Below, one piece after another: positions 19,586 to 29,818 of a stretch of DNA of 64,000 nt. Under the pieces are notes generated by a model. The model saw nothing but the letters and a program-made list of their open reading frames with translations, was not told the origin of the DNA and ran no database searches. Each line of letters begins with the position of its first letter. The first letter of the stretch is position 1. Source of the stretch: Flectonema sp. DT1601. Taxonomy: Eukaryota. The stretch spans positions 310,001-374,000 of the forward strand of contig OZ025797.1 in assembly GCA_964019425.1 (NCBI GenBank). Direction: 5' to 3'. Both the position numbers and the translations under genes were made by a program.

Positions 19586-21748
19586 ATGACTCTAGATAAG
19601 ATACCGTCAGTTCTCTTGGTAAAGTCACCAAAGAGAAGTCGTTCGTTAGAGAGAGACAGAGGCAGACAGATAGTCAGGACACGCAGCAATGAAAGAGTCG
19701 CACAGGCTACGATAGAACGTGCGACTATTCCATCGAGGTCAGAGAGGAGGTCATCACCGAAGAGGAGTCGTTCAAATGAGAGAAAAGTTCAAAAGAATCA
19801 TTACTTTAAGGGATCTCCTGTCAGGGCTGACAGTGGATTAATGCAAGGCTGGGCTCAAGATGGTGAACAGAGAATCGAAGCAATGGAATTCATGGCTTAC
19901 AAATTAGTAGAAGTAATGCTAACTGGTAAAGGTTGGTCAGCTGCAAGAGAAATAAGCACAGCACATGCTGGATTCATGAGCGATGCATTTCCTTTAACAG
20001 AAATGACGAGACTTCAAGAATACTGCGAATACATGGGACACCTTGCTAATGATACCGCTCCTGATCTCTCTTATCATATTACTTCAATATCAACAAGTGG
20101 AAATACATGTACTGTCACTGCTCACATGGAAGGAACTCACACTGGACCAGGTGGTGACATTCCAGCAACTCATAAAAAGTCATCCTCATCACTTGCCTAC
20201 ACTTTTAACTTTACAAATAACGGAAAGGTTACTCGTCTGCTTAAAGTATGGGATGCCTATTCACAATACAACGGGTGGGGTTGGATTGGGAATCAAGCCA
20301 GTATGGAACAAGAGATTCTTGGTGAAGATGGTTACGAAACAAGTCAATTCATTAATGGTCAATTTATAGAAAGTGATCTTCACTACACAAACTTTGATCC
20401 GTCAACAGGAGATGCTTTATGTTTTGTATCTGATGCGAGTAACGTTGATGTTGACAGGGCAGTCGATGCCGCATGCACTGCTAGTAGTAGTGGTGAATGG
20501 GCTCGGATGACAAAGTTGAAACGCCAGAAAATGATTTCTCGTTTAGGAATGCTTCTCCAACGTGATGCTTCTCAATTATGTAAACTTGAATCCCTCGACA
20601 CGGGACTATCAGAAGAAATAGCAATGCGATCATTAAACTTTTGTCTTGAGTCTGTAAAGTTCTACACAAAATTCTGCACCGATGAACGAAACAACAAAAC
20701 TGCAAGTCAAAGTTTTAGAAAGAATCTCAACAGCGGAGCAACATCCAGTGAGCTTGCTAAGGTAGTTGGTCTGTTCTTAGATTGTGACTATCCTCTACTT
20801 AGAATTATTACATTAACACTTCCTGCTTTATGTATGGGTTGCTCTGTTGTTGTTAAGTTAAATAAGTACTCTCCTATGTCAGGGTTAGCTGTGGCTCACT
20901 TATTCAGAGAGAGTGGTTTCCCTCCGGGATGTGTAAACATACTTGTTGGAAGTAACAACTCTGTTGATGCCGCAATTAGTAAACATCCGTTGATTTCAAA
21001 GGTAGTTTTCAGTACCAGAATTCAACATTTCATCGAAAACGATAATTTTGCTCAACTCGACACTATCGGTAAGGGAACCGTTTTGATCTGTTCGGGAGCT
21101 GACTTGAAATTAGCTGCCAGACATTGCCTTGATGAAATGTGCTTAATAAGAGGTCAGCTACTTGCCTTTGGATCTCGAGTGTTGGTAGAAGAAGATGTCT
21201 ACAAAGAGTTTATGAAAATAATAGTAAACGTCGTATCAGAAATGAGTCCTGTTTCTCTTAGCGATCCAAACTTAGCGACAACAGTACTAAACCACATCGA
21301 TATTTGTATTGAGAATGGTGCTCAACTAGAGTGCGGTGGAGTAGCGAAGGAAACTTCTTTCCAACCAGCAGTCTTGTCTGAATTCCCAGAAGGATTGCCA
21401 GATGATGTCGATCCTTGGTCAGATGGTGAATTAGTATTGTTTCCGATTGTTTGTGTTAAGAAATTCGCAACAGCTGACAGCGACGCCATATTTTTAAACA
21501 TCGGATCGGAACCACTATTAGTATTCACCAACTCTATTGAGAGATTTAATCAAATATCTGAATCATCTGTCGCTGGTGCTATTCACGGAAAGAATGAAGC
21601 TTGCTTTGAACCCTCAAGACAGTTTGAAAGTAAACAAAATCTTTCTGATCTGGTCGAAGCAACATTAACTTCATTTACTAAAGAGAATGAAGATCGTGTT
21701 CTTACTCCTCGTATTGAGAATGAAGCTAAACTACTTGAGTGTTTGTGA
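19586..21748 (+). CDS. Fusion protein: RS-rich N-terminus + SnoaL-like (NTF2-fold) domain + aldehyde dehydrogenase-like domain (catalytic residues lost)
   Basis: TGKGW...GTHTGPGGDIPAT.K...KVWD...GW SnoaL-like motif; FINGQF..DPSTG..DVDRAVDAA, LESLDTG and GFPPGCVNIL ALDH motifs. Start may be 19520, but an AG acceptor at 19568-19569 favours 19586. Confidence 0.8.
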   Translation: MTLDKIPSVLLVKSPKRSRSLERDRGRQIVRTRSNERVAQATIERATIPSRSERRSSPKRSRSNERKVQKNHYFKGSPVRADSGLMQGWAQDGEQRIEAMEFMAYKLVEVMLTGKGWSAAREISTAHAGFMSDAFPLTEMTRLQEYCEYMGHLANDTAPDLSYHITSISTSGNTCTVTAHMEGTHTGPGGDIPATHKKSSSSLAYTFNFTNNGKVTRLLKVWDAYSQYNGWGWIGNQASMEQEILGEDGYETSQFINGQFIESDLHYTNFDPSTGDALCFVSDASNVDVDRAVDAACTASSSGEWARMTKLKRQKMISRLGMLLQRDASQLCKLESLDTGLSEEIAMRSLNFCLESVKFYTKFCTDERNNKTASQSFRKNLNSGATSSELAKVVGLFLDCDYPLLRIITLTLPALCMGCSVVVKLNKYSPMSGLAVAHLFRESGFPPGCVNILVGSNNSVDAAISKHPLISKVVFSTRIQHFIENDNFAQLDTIGKGTVLICSGADLKLAARHCLDEMCLIRGQLLAFGSRVLVEEDVYKEFMKIIVNVVSEMSPVSLSDPNLATTVLNHIDICIENGAQLECGGVAKETSFQPAVLSEFPEGLPDDVDPWSDGELVLFPIVCVKKFATADSDAIFLNIGSEPLLVFTNSIERFNQISESSVAGAIHGKNEACFEPSRQFESKQNLSDLVEATLTSFTKENEDRVLTPRIENEAKLLECL

Positions 21749-24069
21749 TTGTTCATTTTTAGTTCAATTGTTTTCTTAATTCACTTGTTGTGAAGAGTTG
21801 ACAATCAGCTTATAACTTCTTATGGTACGATACATATGTCCTGCAACTGTTGTAAAGAATACTTTTTACTTTTTACTTTTTGATGGTAAAAGCAGCTTAA
21901 GCTTATTTATCGAAGTAATCTTCCTTCTTCTTCCCACTTTTCCCCCACCAGTTTGTCTTACCACGAATCGAGGGACTAACGAGTAATTAGTCAAAATAAG
22001 GTTACGATAGTATGGTGGAGGTCATCCCCATCTGTGTTTACGTAAGCTCTGCTTTCTTTTAATACTGAAAAGCATTCCAAGGGGACAATTAAAAGGTTGG
22101 ACAGCATTACGTGTATTCAGCTTACAGAAAAAATATTACTAGCTGTCGACTCTTTTTTTTTGCTTGTTTTTCTTCTCTTCATTCTGCTCGTGCTAATTGA
22201 AATTAAGGGGCGAAGATTCGATTCTTGTTGTCATGTTGAAAGGGAAATACTTACGCTTTAGTCATCCTTTTATGTATTCTTTTACTTGCGCAAAGGGTCA
22301 GGCAGCTGAGTGATAAAGCAGGGAATAGCAACAGTTCGATTCTCAGTCATTTCATTTTTTTGGTTTTTAACCTGAGAAGTCCCCGGGTGAGGGATCGACT
22401 TACTGATTCTCTTATTTTAGTTTATAACATTTCGATAAGATAGCAGCTTTAATGTTATTGTGTTGGTTATGGCTGCTGTCGTCCTGCTCTCTGTTCCCTT
22501 AGGGGGTCCTTTTTTTTAAAAAAAAAATTATGTTGTTTTGTGAGGCAGAACCGTCTTCTGCTTATTATATATTTTCATTTTCCCCGTTCCTTCCCATTTC
22601 TTTTTTTTTTTTTTTTTGTACTTAATAGTCGAGCATGTGTACCCACCTCCTTCAGCAATTGCATTGTCGGATGTTTCTTTTTCTGCCAGAAATTTTTTTT
22701 GTATTCGAGCCCCCAAACACTCCCCTTCCCGTGATGCTCTTTTCTTTGTATGTGCGATTTAAAATTTATTAAAAAAAAAATAAAAAAAAAAAAAAAAAAT
22801 CTTTTTATCATGTAGCTAATTCAAGAGAATAGTGTTTTTTTTGAGTTTTTTTTCCAGTTAACTGAAGAAGAATATTTTGAGACAGTGGTCTTGCCGTTGT
22901 CGTTGTGAGCAGAAATTAAACCGCCCTTTTGTTTTTTCTTAATTCTAATTTATAGTTTTTGTCGGGTGAATGAGGGAACATAGGGAAACTTTTCAGTTGA
23001 TTTGTTATGTATTTCCACAATCGAGTGTTACCTTTTCTTTTTTTTTTTGTTCTTTTCTTTTCATCACAATTACTGGATAACGAGGACTTACCACCCTCTT
23101 TTTCTTGGCAAAAAAACTGATGATTTTTTGTTTTTTTTAGTCCGAAAAAAAATAGTTTTATTTTTCTTTTTCCCTGCGGACGGTAGACGGCCAGCCTCAA
23201 GGATACATCTACCGTTGGCAAGTTAGAAAGAAGTGTGTGTGGTAATTTCAATAAAAGAATAAAAAAGAAAAAAGAAAAAGTGAAAAGGAGAAGGAAAGAA
23301 AAAATAAATATGGCATTTCTCATTAAATTATTTCCCTATTTGTAAGTGCGAGCTGCCAAATTTCGTTTTCCGTTTTCTTTTACCACCGTCTGGCAACTTG
23401 GTTGTTCGGTTGATGGTAACAAAAGAAAACAAAATGAAATGGCGCCGATGAGCAGTAGCACCTCAGAAAGTATTTTTTTTCCCGTTTATGCTGTTTTTTG
23501 TCGTTACTGTGTACGTGTTATCCCCCATGTCCAACTCAGATAAGGGAAAAAAAAGAAAAAAAAAAAAAGAAGAAAAAGTGCTAGCGCGTAGTCAACCCCC
23601 TTCATGCTCACTGTTGCTGGTATTGTATGGACGAAAGAAAAGAAGAAAAAAAAAAAACGAAAAATAATTGACAAAAAGAAGGAAAAAACGCAACTTAAAC
23701 AATTCATTCTTGTTGTCTACTACGAAACATATTTTCTCTTTTTTTTTTTTCTTTTCCTGCTTTTATTGTTCCTTGTGTTTATTTATTTTATTGAAATAGA
23801 TATTCTCATACTAATTTAATTCGTCCCCCCCCTTTTTACCGACCCCTACTGACAGCAAATATGAGATTATATAGATGGCAATCAGGTTTGGTCGATACCT
23901 TTATTTAGTAACCAGTTTTTGGTTGGTTTATGCTTAGTTACAACGAAAGAACAGCGTTAAGGATATCACCGTGGGTTGGATCTTCCTTACCTTTGTATCT
24001 CACTCCTCTTCCTCAGACCAGAAAATTTAATTTAAAAAAACAAACAAACAAACAAACAAACACAAAAAC

Positions 24070-25227
24070 ATGACTACTTCAGTCACAGTATTGAGCCCTA
24101 TTAATATTGCCTTTATAAAGTATTGGGGTAAGGTTGACGAGGAACAGATAATTCCTTGCAATGATTCTTTTAGTATAACACTCAGCACAAATAAGTTTAG
24201 AACAAAAACAACTGTCACTACCAGTGACAAGTACGATTCAGACCGACTTTGGTTAAATGGTGTCGAAGTACAGATGAAGGAAGGAGGAAGGTTACAGAAT
24301 GTTTTACAATGCGCGAGAGAGAATTGTAATAAAAAAGGAAATGTTTATGTTGTGTCGGAAAATAACTTTCCAACTGCTGCTGGGATGGCTTCTTCTGCTG
24401 CAGGATTGTCTGCATTGGCTTTTGCCTTAGCAAATATCTGGTCACCACTAACACTGGACACGTCTTGTTTAGCGAGAATTGGATCTGGTAGTGCTTGTCG
24501 TTCAGTGTACGGTGGATTTGTAAAGTGGCACAGCGGCAGTCCCTCAGCGCCTCTTACATCTAAAGCTGAACAGTTTGTTCCTCACACTCACTGGTCAGAT
24601 ATGCAAGTTCTTTGTTTAGTAACAAAGTCGAGTAAGAAAAGCATTTCATCAACGGACGGTATGTTATTGTCATATGAAAACAGTCCTCTGATGCCAGAGA
24701 GAGTTTCTAAAAGAGTACCGGAGAGGATGATGTTGATATCAGAAGCTGTGAAGAACAGAGATTTTGAAACATTCGCAGCCATTACAATGGCTGACTGCGA
24801 AGACTTTCGTTCTGTTTGCAGGTCCACAACTCCACCAATCGACTACTGGAATGATCGTACAGAAGTAATCATTTCTTTGATTAAAATATTTAATAATCAC
24901 GCTGGTCGTTTACGCGCTGCTTACACTTACGATGCTGGTGCGAACTCCTTCATATTCTGTGAAAAAGAAACCTTGTGCAGCCTGTTTGCATTCTTTATGC
25001 ATTACTTCCCAACTGATGCCTCGAAACTTCACCTTGAGGACCCCTCCATCTTGAAGGGAGGAGTTGTTCCAGCAGAGCTTCAAAATGCTATTGAGGGACA
25101 CATACCTACATCATTAGACTTAGTCCTTCACAGTACAGTAGGGTCTGGTCCTTCTGTTGTGAGCGAAACATTCGAATCTCTGGCTGATGAACTTGGGTTG
25201 CCAAAATACTCACGCAGCAGTGCATAA
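24070..25227 (+). CDS. MVD: Diphosphomevalonate decarboxylase
   Basis: PINIAFIKYWGK, NNFPTAAGMASSAAG, ARIGSGSACRSVYGGFVKW and AYTYDAGAN signature motifs. Confidence 0.97.
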   Translation: MTTSVTVLSPINIAFIKYWGKVDEEQIIPCNDSFSITLSTNKFRTKTTVTTSDKYDSDRLWLNGVEVQMKEGGRLQNVLQCARENCNKKGNVYVVSENNFPTAAGMASSAAGLSALAFALANIWSPLTLDTSCLARIGSGSACRSVYGGFVKWHSGSPSAPLTSKAEQFVPHTHWSDMQVLCLVTKSSKKSISSTDGMLLSYENSPLMPERVSKRVPERMMLISEAVKNRDFETFAAITMADCEDFRSVCRSTTPPIDYWNDRTEVIISLIKIFNNHAGRLRAAYTYDAGANSFIFCEKETLCSLFAFFMHYFPTDASKLHLEDPSILKGGVVPAELQNAIEGHIPTSLDLVLHSTVGSGPSVVSETFESLADELGLPKYSRSSA

Positions 25228-25476
25228 AACAAAACCCCCGTATCGTATTTCCTTATTAAATTATTATCTTTAATAATCTTCGCCTACATTTAAGATTGAT
25301 ATGATAACTTCTTTCTTACAACTGACTGACTACCCCACAGTTTACTTATATTTGGGCTTCATGCCATCTTTTTGGACTAGCTGGTTGGGTTAAGTTGCTG
25401 TTGTTATATTCTACTCTTCGATGTTATTATTTTAGATTCTTTACAAACCTTTTCATCAGAATAATATCCTAAGAAT

Positions 25477-25932
25477 ATGCCGGCAACTGCTGTGAATGGT
25501 AATACTGGTGTCGTTGGTTTCACATTCAAGGTTTTCAATTTTTTTTTTTTTCCCTTTTCGAAATGAAGTGATGTTCTTGTTACTAAACATCGTATCAATC
25601 AAACTTCATGTCTCTTGATCATTGATCTACTATCCACAAGAGAGAACATTATTTTAAACAACCTAAACTAACAACAGGTTCCGCATCATGTGGCAAAGCA
25701 GATCCCACAGATGTTTGAGAAGTTAACGTTAGAGGGTGCTTCTTCTGGAGGTAAAAAGGTTCGATATGTGAAGAACCAAACTGGTAAGTAGTGACAGGAT
25801 GTAATCGTCTCTGTCATTGCCTGTTGACCGTCTGGTCTCAAAGTTACGATCGAGAATTTCCCATACAATTTACACGAAGGGAATGAATTAAGCTACCAGT
25901 ACGATGATTGCTGGAATGATACTTCACTGTAA
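25477..25932 (+). CDS. Putative spliced micro-gene (exons 25477-25530, 25678-25783, 25844-25932; about 82 aa), or 55 aa if the second intron is retained (stop at 25791)
   Basis: CAG acceptor at 25457-25459 then ATG 25477. Intron 1 is GTTTTC...CTAACAACAG (25531-25677). Intron 2 is GTAAGT...TTGAC...AAG (25784-25843). Both joins keep frame: MPATAVNGNTGVVGFTFK/VPHHVAKQIPQMFEKLTLEGASSGGKKVRYVKNQT/VTIENFPYNLHEGNELSYQYDDCWNDTSL*. Not in the ORF track; no homologue recognised. Confidence 0.5.
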
Positions 25933-26133
25933 TTGTTGCCAGACACTCTTACACCGCAATCCCATTTTGCGAGATGCAACGTGTTGGGGGAAGGGAAGAA
26001 AAAAAAAAAAAAAAAAAAAAAAAGTTGCTTCCACTCTGCCAAGTTTCATTCCTGTTTGAAATAACTCATCCTTCCAGTTGGTAGAAATTAATAATTATTT
26101 CAATCAGATTGTTGTTGGATACCAATTCATTAT

Positions 26134-26976
26134 ATGCATCTAAAGGATGGGAAGGAAATGGTCGGCTCAGCAGAAATAATCCGTCCATGGATTATAGAGA
26201 GGAGAGAACTTTCAACAACTGAAGACCCACTAATGCTACTTGAGAATCTAAAGAAAGGAAACTGTAATACCGACGAAATAGTTCGACAGTTGGAACTCAT
26301 TCTCCAACTTGAAGCTTTAGAGGCTGCAGGTACTAATGGATCAACTGATGTTATTAGAGTGAAGGGTTGTTCTCAACACCTTCTTCAACGTAGAATAACT
26401 CCGATATGTAAAACATCAATTATGGATGCAAACAAACAGAGGCTTCCACCAATGAAAATATCTGGAGCATCCAGGAGGTTATTTCCGCCTCCGCCGGTTC
26501 CAAAACCGTCTGGTGAAGACCGTAATCCAGTTTTGGGTGAAAAAGCTGAGGAAAGTAAAAAAGCACGAGACGAATTAATATCTCGAAGACTGTTCTACAA
26601 TCCAATCTCAAGGAGTAAGGTAGCAATGAAGAAATTATCACAGAAATATCTCGCAAAACCTGTCATCCCTAACAGAAGATCAGAAAAGGAAAGAGTCACA
26701 ACAGCCAACCGACTCCACGAACAGGAAGTATCTCGCAGAGAAGACGACAGCAAGAGATTGTTATCAAAATATCTGACCAACCCTCCAGCTAAACGACTTT
26801 GTGCAGATGAACAAAGTATTAGTATAAATAGACTTTACAAAAGATCACAAGAACGACAGCTGGCGGTTTCAAATGTGCTTACTACGAAATACATCACTTC
26901 AACACAAACAAAGTTCAAAGAGTTATCTGAGAAACAGCGAACAGAAGTTTCGAAGAGAATGAATTCAGGAGGATGA
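26134..26976 (+). CDS. Hypothetical basic protein with ~41-aa internal repeats (RL[FHY]...L..KY)
   Basis: 280 aa ORF, coding-like composition, same strand as neighbours, visible internal repeats. Confidence 0.7.
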   Translation: MHLKDGKEMVGSAEIIRPWIIERRELSTTEDPLMLLENLKKGNCNTDEIVRQLELILQLEALEAAGTNGSTDVIRVKGCSQHLLQRRITPICKTSIMDANKQRLPPMKISGASRRLFPPPPVPKPSGEDRNPVLGEKAEESKKARDELISRRLFYNPISRSKVAMKKLSQKYLAKPVIPNRRSEKERVTTANRLHEQEVSRREDDSKRLLSKYLTNPPAKRLCADEQSISINRLYKRSQERQLAVSNVLTTKYITSTQTKFKELSEKQRTEVSKRMNSGG

Positions 26977-27240
26977 ACTCCTCTTCACAATTTTAGTTCC
27001 GACACATTATTTTAGTTACTTTCTTATTATTGTCCTTTACAGGAAAATCTAATTGTCTGTGTGTGTGTATACTGTTAGCTGATTATTTATTGTTTCACTC
27101 TCTTTTCATTACTACACAATATGACTGGTTAATCAAACGTGTGATTTATTGTCAATATTTGAATTGTTAATTACAGAGAGAATTATGACCGCGCATTTTT
27201 TAATATTGTTGCAGGGGGGTTGTTTTTTCCTGTCAAAAAA

Positions 27241-28368
27241 ATGGGTGACGCTGCGGAAATCTTGGGAGTCAAGAGAAAACAAAATAGCTATGCGATGCCT
27301 GCTAGAAAGTCTGGTAAGAAGAGAGTTAATCATCATGCTAAGTTGCAGGAGTTATTATTAGCTGCTGGCATTGATGTTAATCTTGCAGAACCAATCCAAC
27401 GTATTGATAAACGACCTGCCGTGAGGTGGGTTCGTAAACAATATTCGACACCTCTACGGCCATTGAATGACATTTCAGTACCGATTTGGAAGGTTGCGGG
27501 TGAACCTGAAAAAGATCCGAAATGTGATCCTTTCGCTGAGATATTAGTACAAAACTCACCTTCAATAAGTTACTCGAAAGACGAATATAAAACACTTCCG
27601 ACAAGTATACAAGATAACGACTCTTGGAATACTTCAACAACAGAACAATTATTTAATATCGTTCTTAAGATTGGATGTATTTGGATTGTCATCTCTGACA
27701 GACTTGCTTCTCTCGGAATTGACAAAACAGCAATTGAATGTCGGAAGAGATACTACACAGTTGCTACAAAGATTTTGAGTCTAAGAAGACAGGCATCGAC
27801 AACACATCAATTACACGGATTAGAAATATCACCATATGATGAGGATCGCGACAACACTTATGAATCAACCATGGAAGATGCTTGGAACAGTGTTGCGAAC
27901 TATACTGAAAGTGATTATGTTAAACTAAAGTCTGACTCATCGAGGATTAAAACACTAATCCAAGAACGGCATTCGTTATCATTGGAGAATGAAGCCTATT
28001 CTGGAGAACAGCTATTTTCACAGTTACAGATTTGTAAACCCCAATCTGAATGGAGAAGACCATCTCGGTATGGCAGAGTAACAACCAGGTTCTTAAGAAT
28101 TACGTCACTAAAGAATGAGCGACGTGTCGAGACTTCGATCGGAACAATCGAATTATTCTCATCGACGAATTCAGTTTTTAATAAAGCCGTTGATGTTCAC
28201 AAGTCTCTTAGAAAGTATTATCACCTCCTCGACTTAATTAAAAAAGAAGAACAACAAATAACTAAACTAGAAAAGGATACTAAAGAATCTTCCATAGCTA
28301 TTGACATTCCCTCAATACGTCGAATACTGAGGGATCCGAAGATGAAGAGGAAATGGGAATCTGATTAA
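27241..28368 (+). CDS. SWC4/EAF2/DMAP1-like SANT-domain subunit of NuA4/SWR1
   Basis: N-terminal MGDAAEILG; W...(F)...R motif; YSKDEY...DSWNTSTTEQLF.....GCIWIVISDR....KT..ECRKRYYTV DMAP1-type SANT domain. Start taken as ATG 27241. Confidence 0.8.
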   Translation: MGDAAEILGVKRKQNSYAMPARKSGKKRVNHHAKLQELLLAAGIDVNLAEPIQRIDKRPAVRWVRKQYSTPLRPLNDISVPIWKVAGEPEKDPKCDPFAEILVQNSPSISYSKDEYKTLPTSIQDNDSWNTSTTEQLFNIVLKIGCIWIVISDRLASLGIDKTAIECRKRYYTVATKILSLRRQASTTHQLHGLEISPYDEDRDNTYESTMEDAWNSVANYTESDYVKLKSDSSRIKTLIQERHSLSLENEAYSGEQLFSQLQICKPQSEWRRPSRYGRVTTRFLRITSLKNERRVETSIGTIELFSSTNSVFNKAVDVHKSLRKYYHLLDLIKKEEQQITKLEKDTKESSIAIDIPSIRRILRDPKMKRKWESD

Positions 28369-28528
28369 GAGTTAAATATTAATATAATTATTGCTGAAGT
28401 GGCAACACAGTGACGATCCTGTCGACCATGTCCACCGGCTCCGGATGACGTAGTCGTCTCTTTTGAAGGAATGATTGTCCTAATTCTGAACAGAAATAAT
28501 ATTTTTCCCCTTCTCATAACAGCCAATA

Positions 28529-29215
28529 ATGTCTAATGACAGTGAGAGCTCACCGAGGGTCATTGAAACCTTGGAAGAGGTGGATATCTACCAGGGGGCA
28601 TCAGAAAAATCAAAAATAATCAGCAAGAGCTCCAAAGACACTAAATTAATAATAACAACAATAAAGCAATCTGGTGAAACAGAATGGGGAAAGATGGACT
28701 GTGGTTGGATGATACTTTCTGAAAAAACAATAAAAACGATACAAATAGGTGGACAACTTGAATGTCGCATATGTAGTGTTACGATGGGATGGAAAGAGTG
28801 GTCGGCCCACAGCAAAGCAAAAAAGCATCGTCAAAAGTTTTCAAAATCGACATATGAAAATATCACAACTATTGAACAAGCGAATAAAATAATTGAAATG
28901 TGTGCTGTCGGAGACGGCGACGTCAATACACTTTTAAAGGAGGTAATTATTGAACCTCCTTCAGGTTGTGGTGGCAGGTGGACAGGTCCACCACCACCTT
29001 CTAAGGAAGTGCAACAGAAAGCTGATCCTAGTACTTCTAGTGAATTAGAACCTGACCTCACAGCAGATCAAATAGCATGGCAAGAAAGAGCAGAGTCTCA
29101 CCGCATTAAAATATCATCTGAAAGTTACAACCAAAGAGAGCTTCCCGTCGTGTGTTGTAAACCACCAGATTTCTGCCCTCCATTTGGGGCTGGTAGAGGT
29201 AGAATGATTTTTTAA
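28529..29215 (+). CDS. SH3b-like domain + C2H2 (matrin/U1-type) zinc finger protein
   Basis: VDIYQGASEKSKII...EWGKMDCGWM resembles an SH3b fold; CRIC-x11-H-x5-H zinc finger; C-terminal GAGRGR. Confidence 0.6.
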   Translation: MSNDSESSPRVIETLEEVDIYQGASEKSKIISKSSKDTKLIITTIKQSGETEWGKMDCGWMILSEKTIKTIQIGGQLECRICSVTMGWKEWSAHSKAKKHRQKFSKSTYENITTIEQANKIIEMCAVGDGDVNTLLKEVIIEPPSGCGGRWTGPPPPSKEVQQKADPSTSSELEPDLTADQIAWQERAESHRIKISSESYNQRELPVVCCKPPDFCPPFGAGRGRMIF

Positions 29216-29818
29216 GAAATCCAACAATCTGTTGTGTCTCTTAACAATAATTTCTTTGACCCCACCGTTAACTTTTATTTATTTAAAGAAAGTGACGTCT
29301 TGCGGCCACAGAACTTAGTTTTCCAGGCCCGTAGGTTAACGAGTTTCAAATAGTCATTCACATGAAATCTTTTGTTTGTTTCTGTTGAATGTGTCTTTCA
29401 GCCACAGAACTTAGCATTCCAGGCACCCTTCCCTTCAGTTATCTTCTCACTGTGAACGGATCTGTGAAATCCACTTAAAAACCTCAAGAAGCTTTGTGGG
29501 TTGGTCAACAATGTTCAAGGCTTTCAATGTAGGGTAGCTTTGTTTGTTGTAATTATTTAATTAATTCTCACTATTTTTATATCTGTTTTAGTGGTGTTTC
29601 CGATATTTAATGTGGGACGAGGCAAGTAATTATTATTATTGATCTTGGTGTGTTTCCGCTCTTACTGTACCTGACTGGTCGTCCGTATATTGGAAAGCTT
29701 TAAAAAAATAAACAGCAACACCAACTATTCTGTGGTTGGAGTTGATTAAGGGAAATTATTAATGTTTTTTATATTTTATTATAAATACGTTCCTCTTGTT
29801 GTACAGACACTTCAACAG

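Noticed and set aside
22295..22345. tRNA-like A-box/B-box look-alikes (cagctgagtga ... gttcgattct)
   Set aside because: Boxes too close together, and no acceptor or anticodon stems can be formed.
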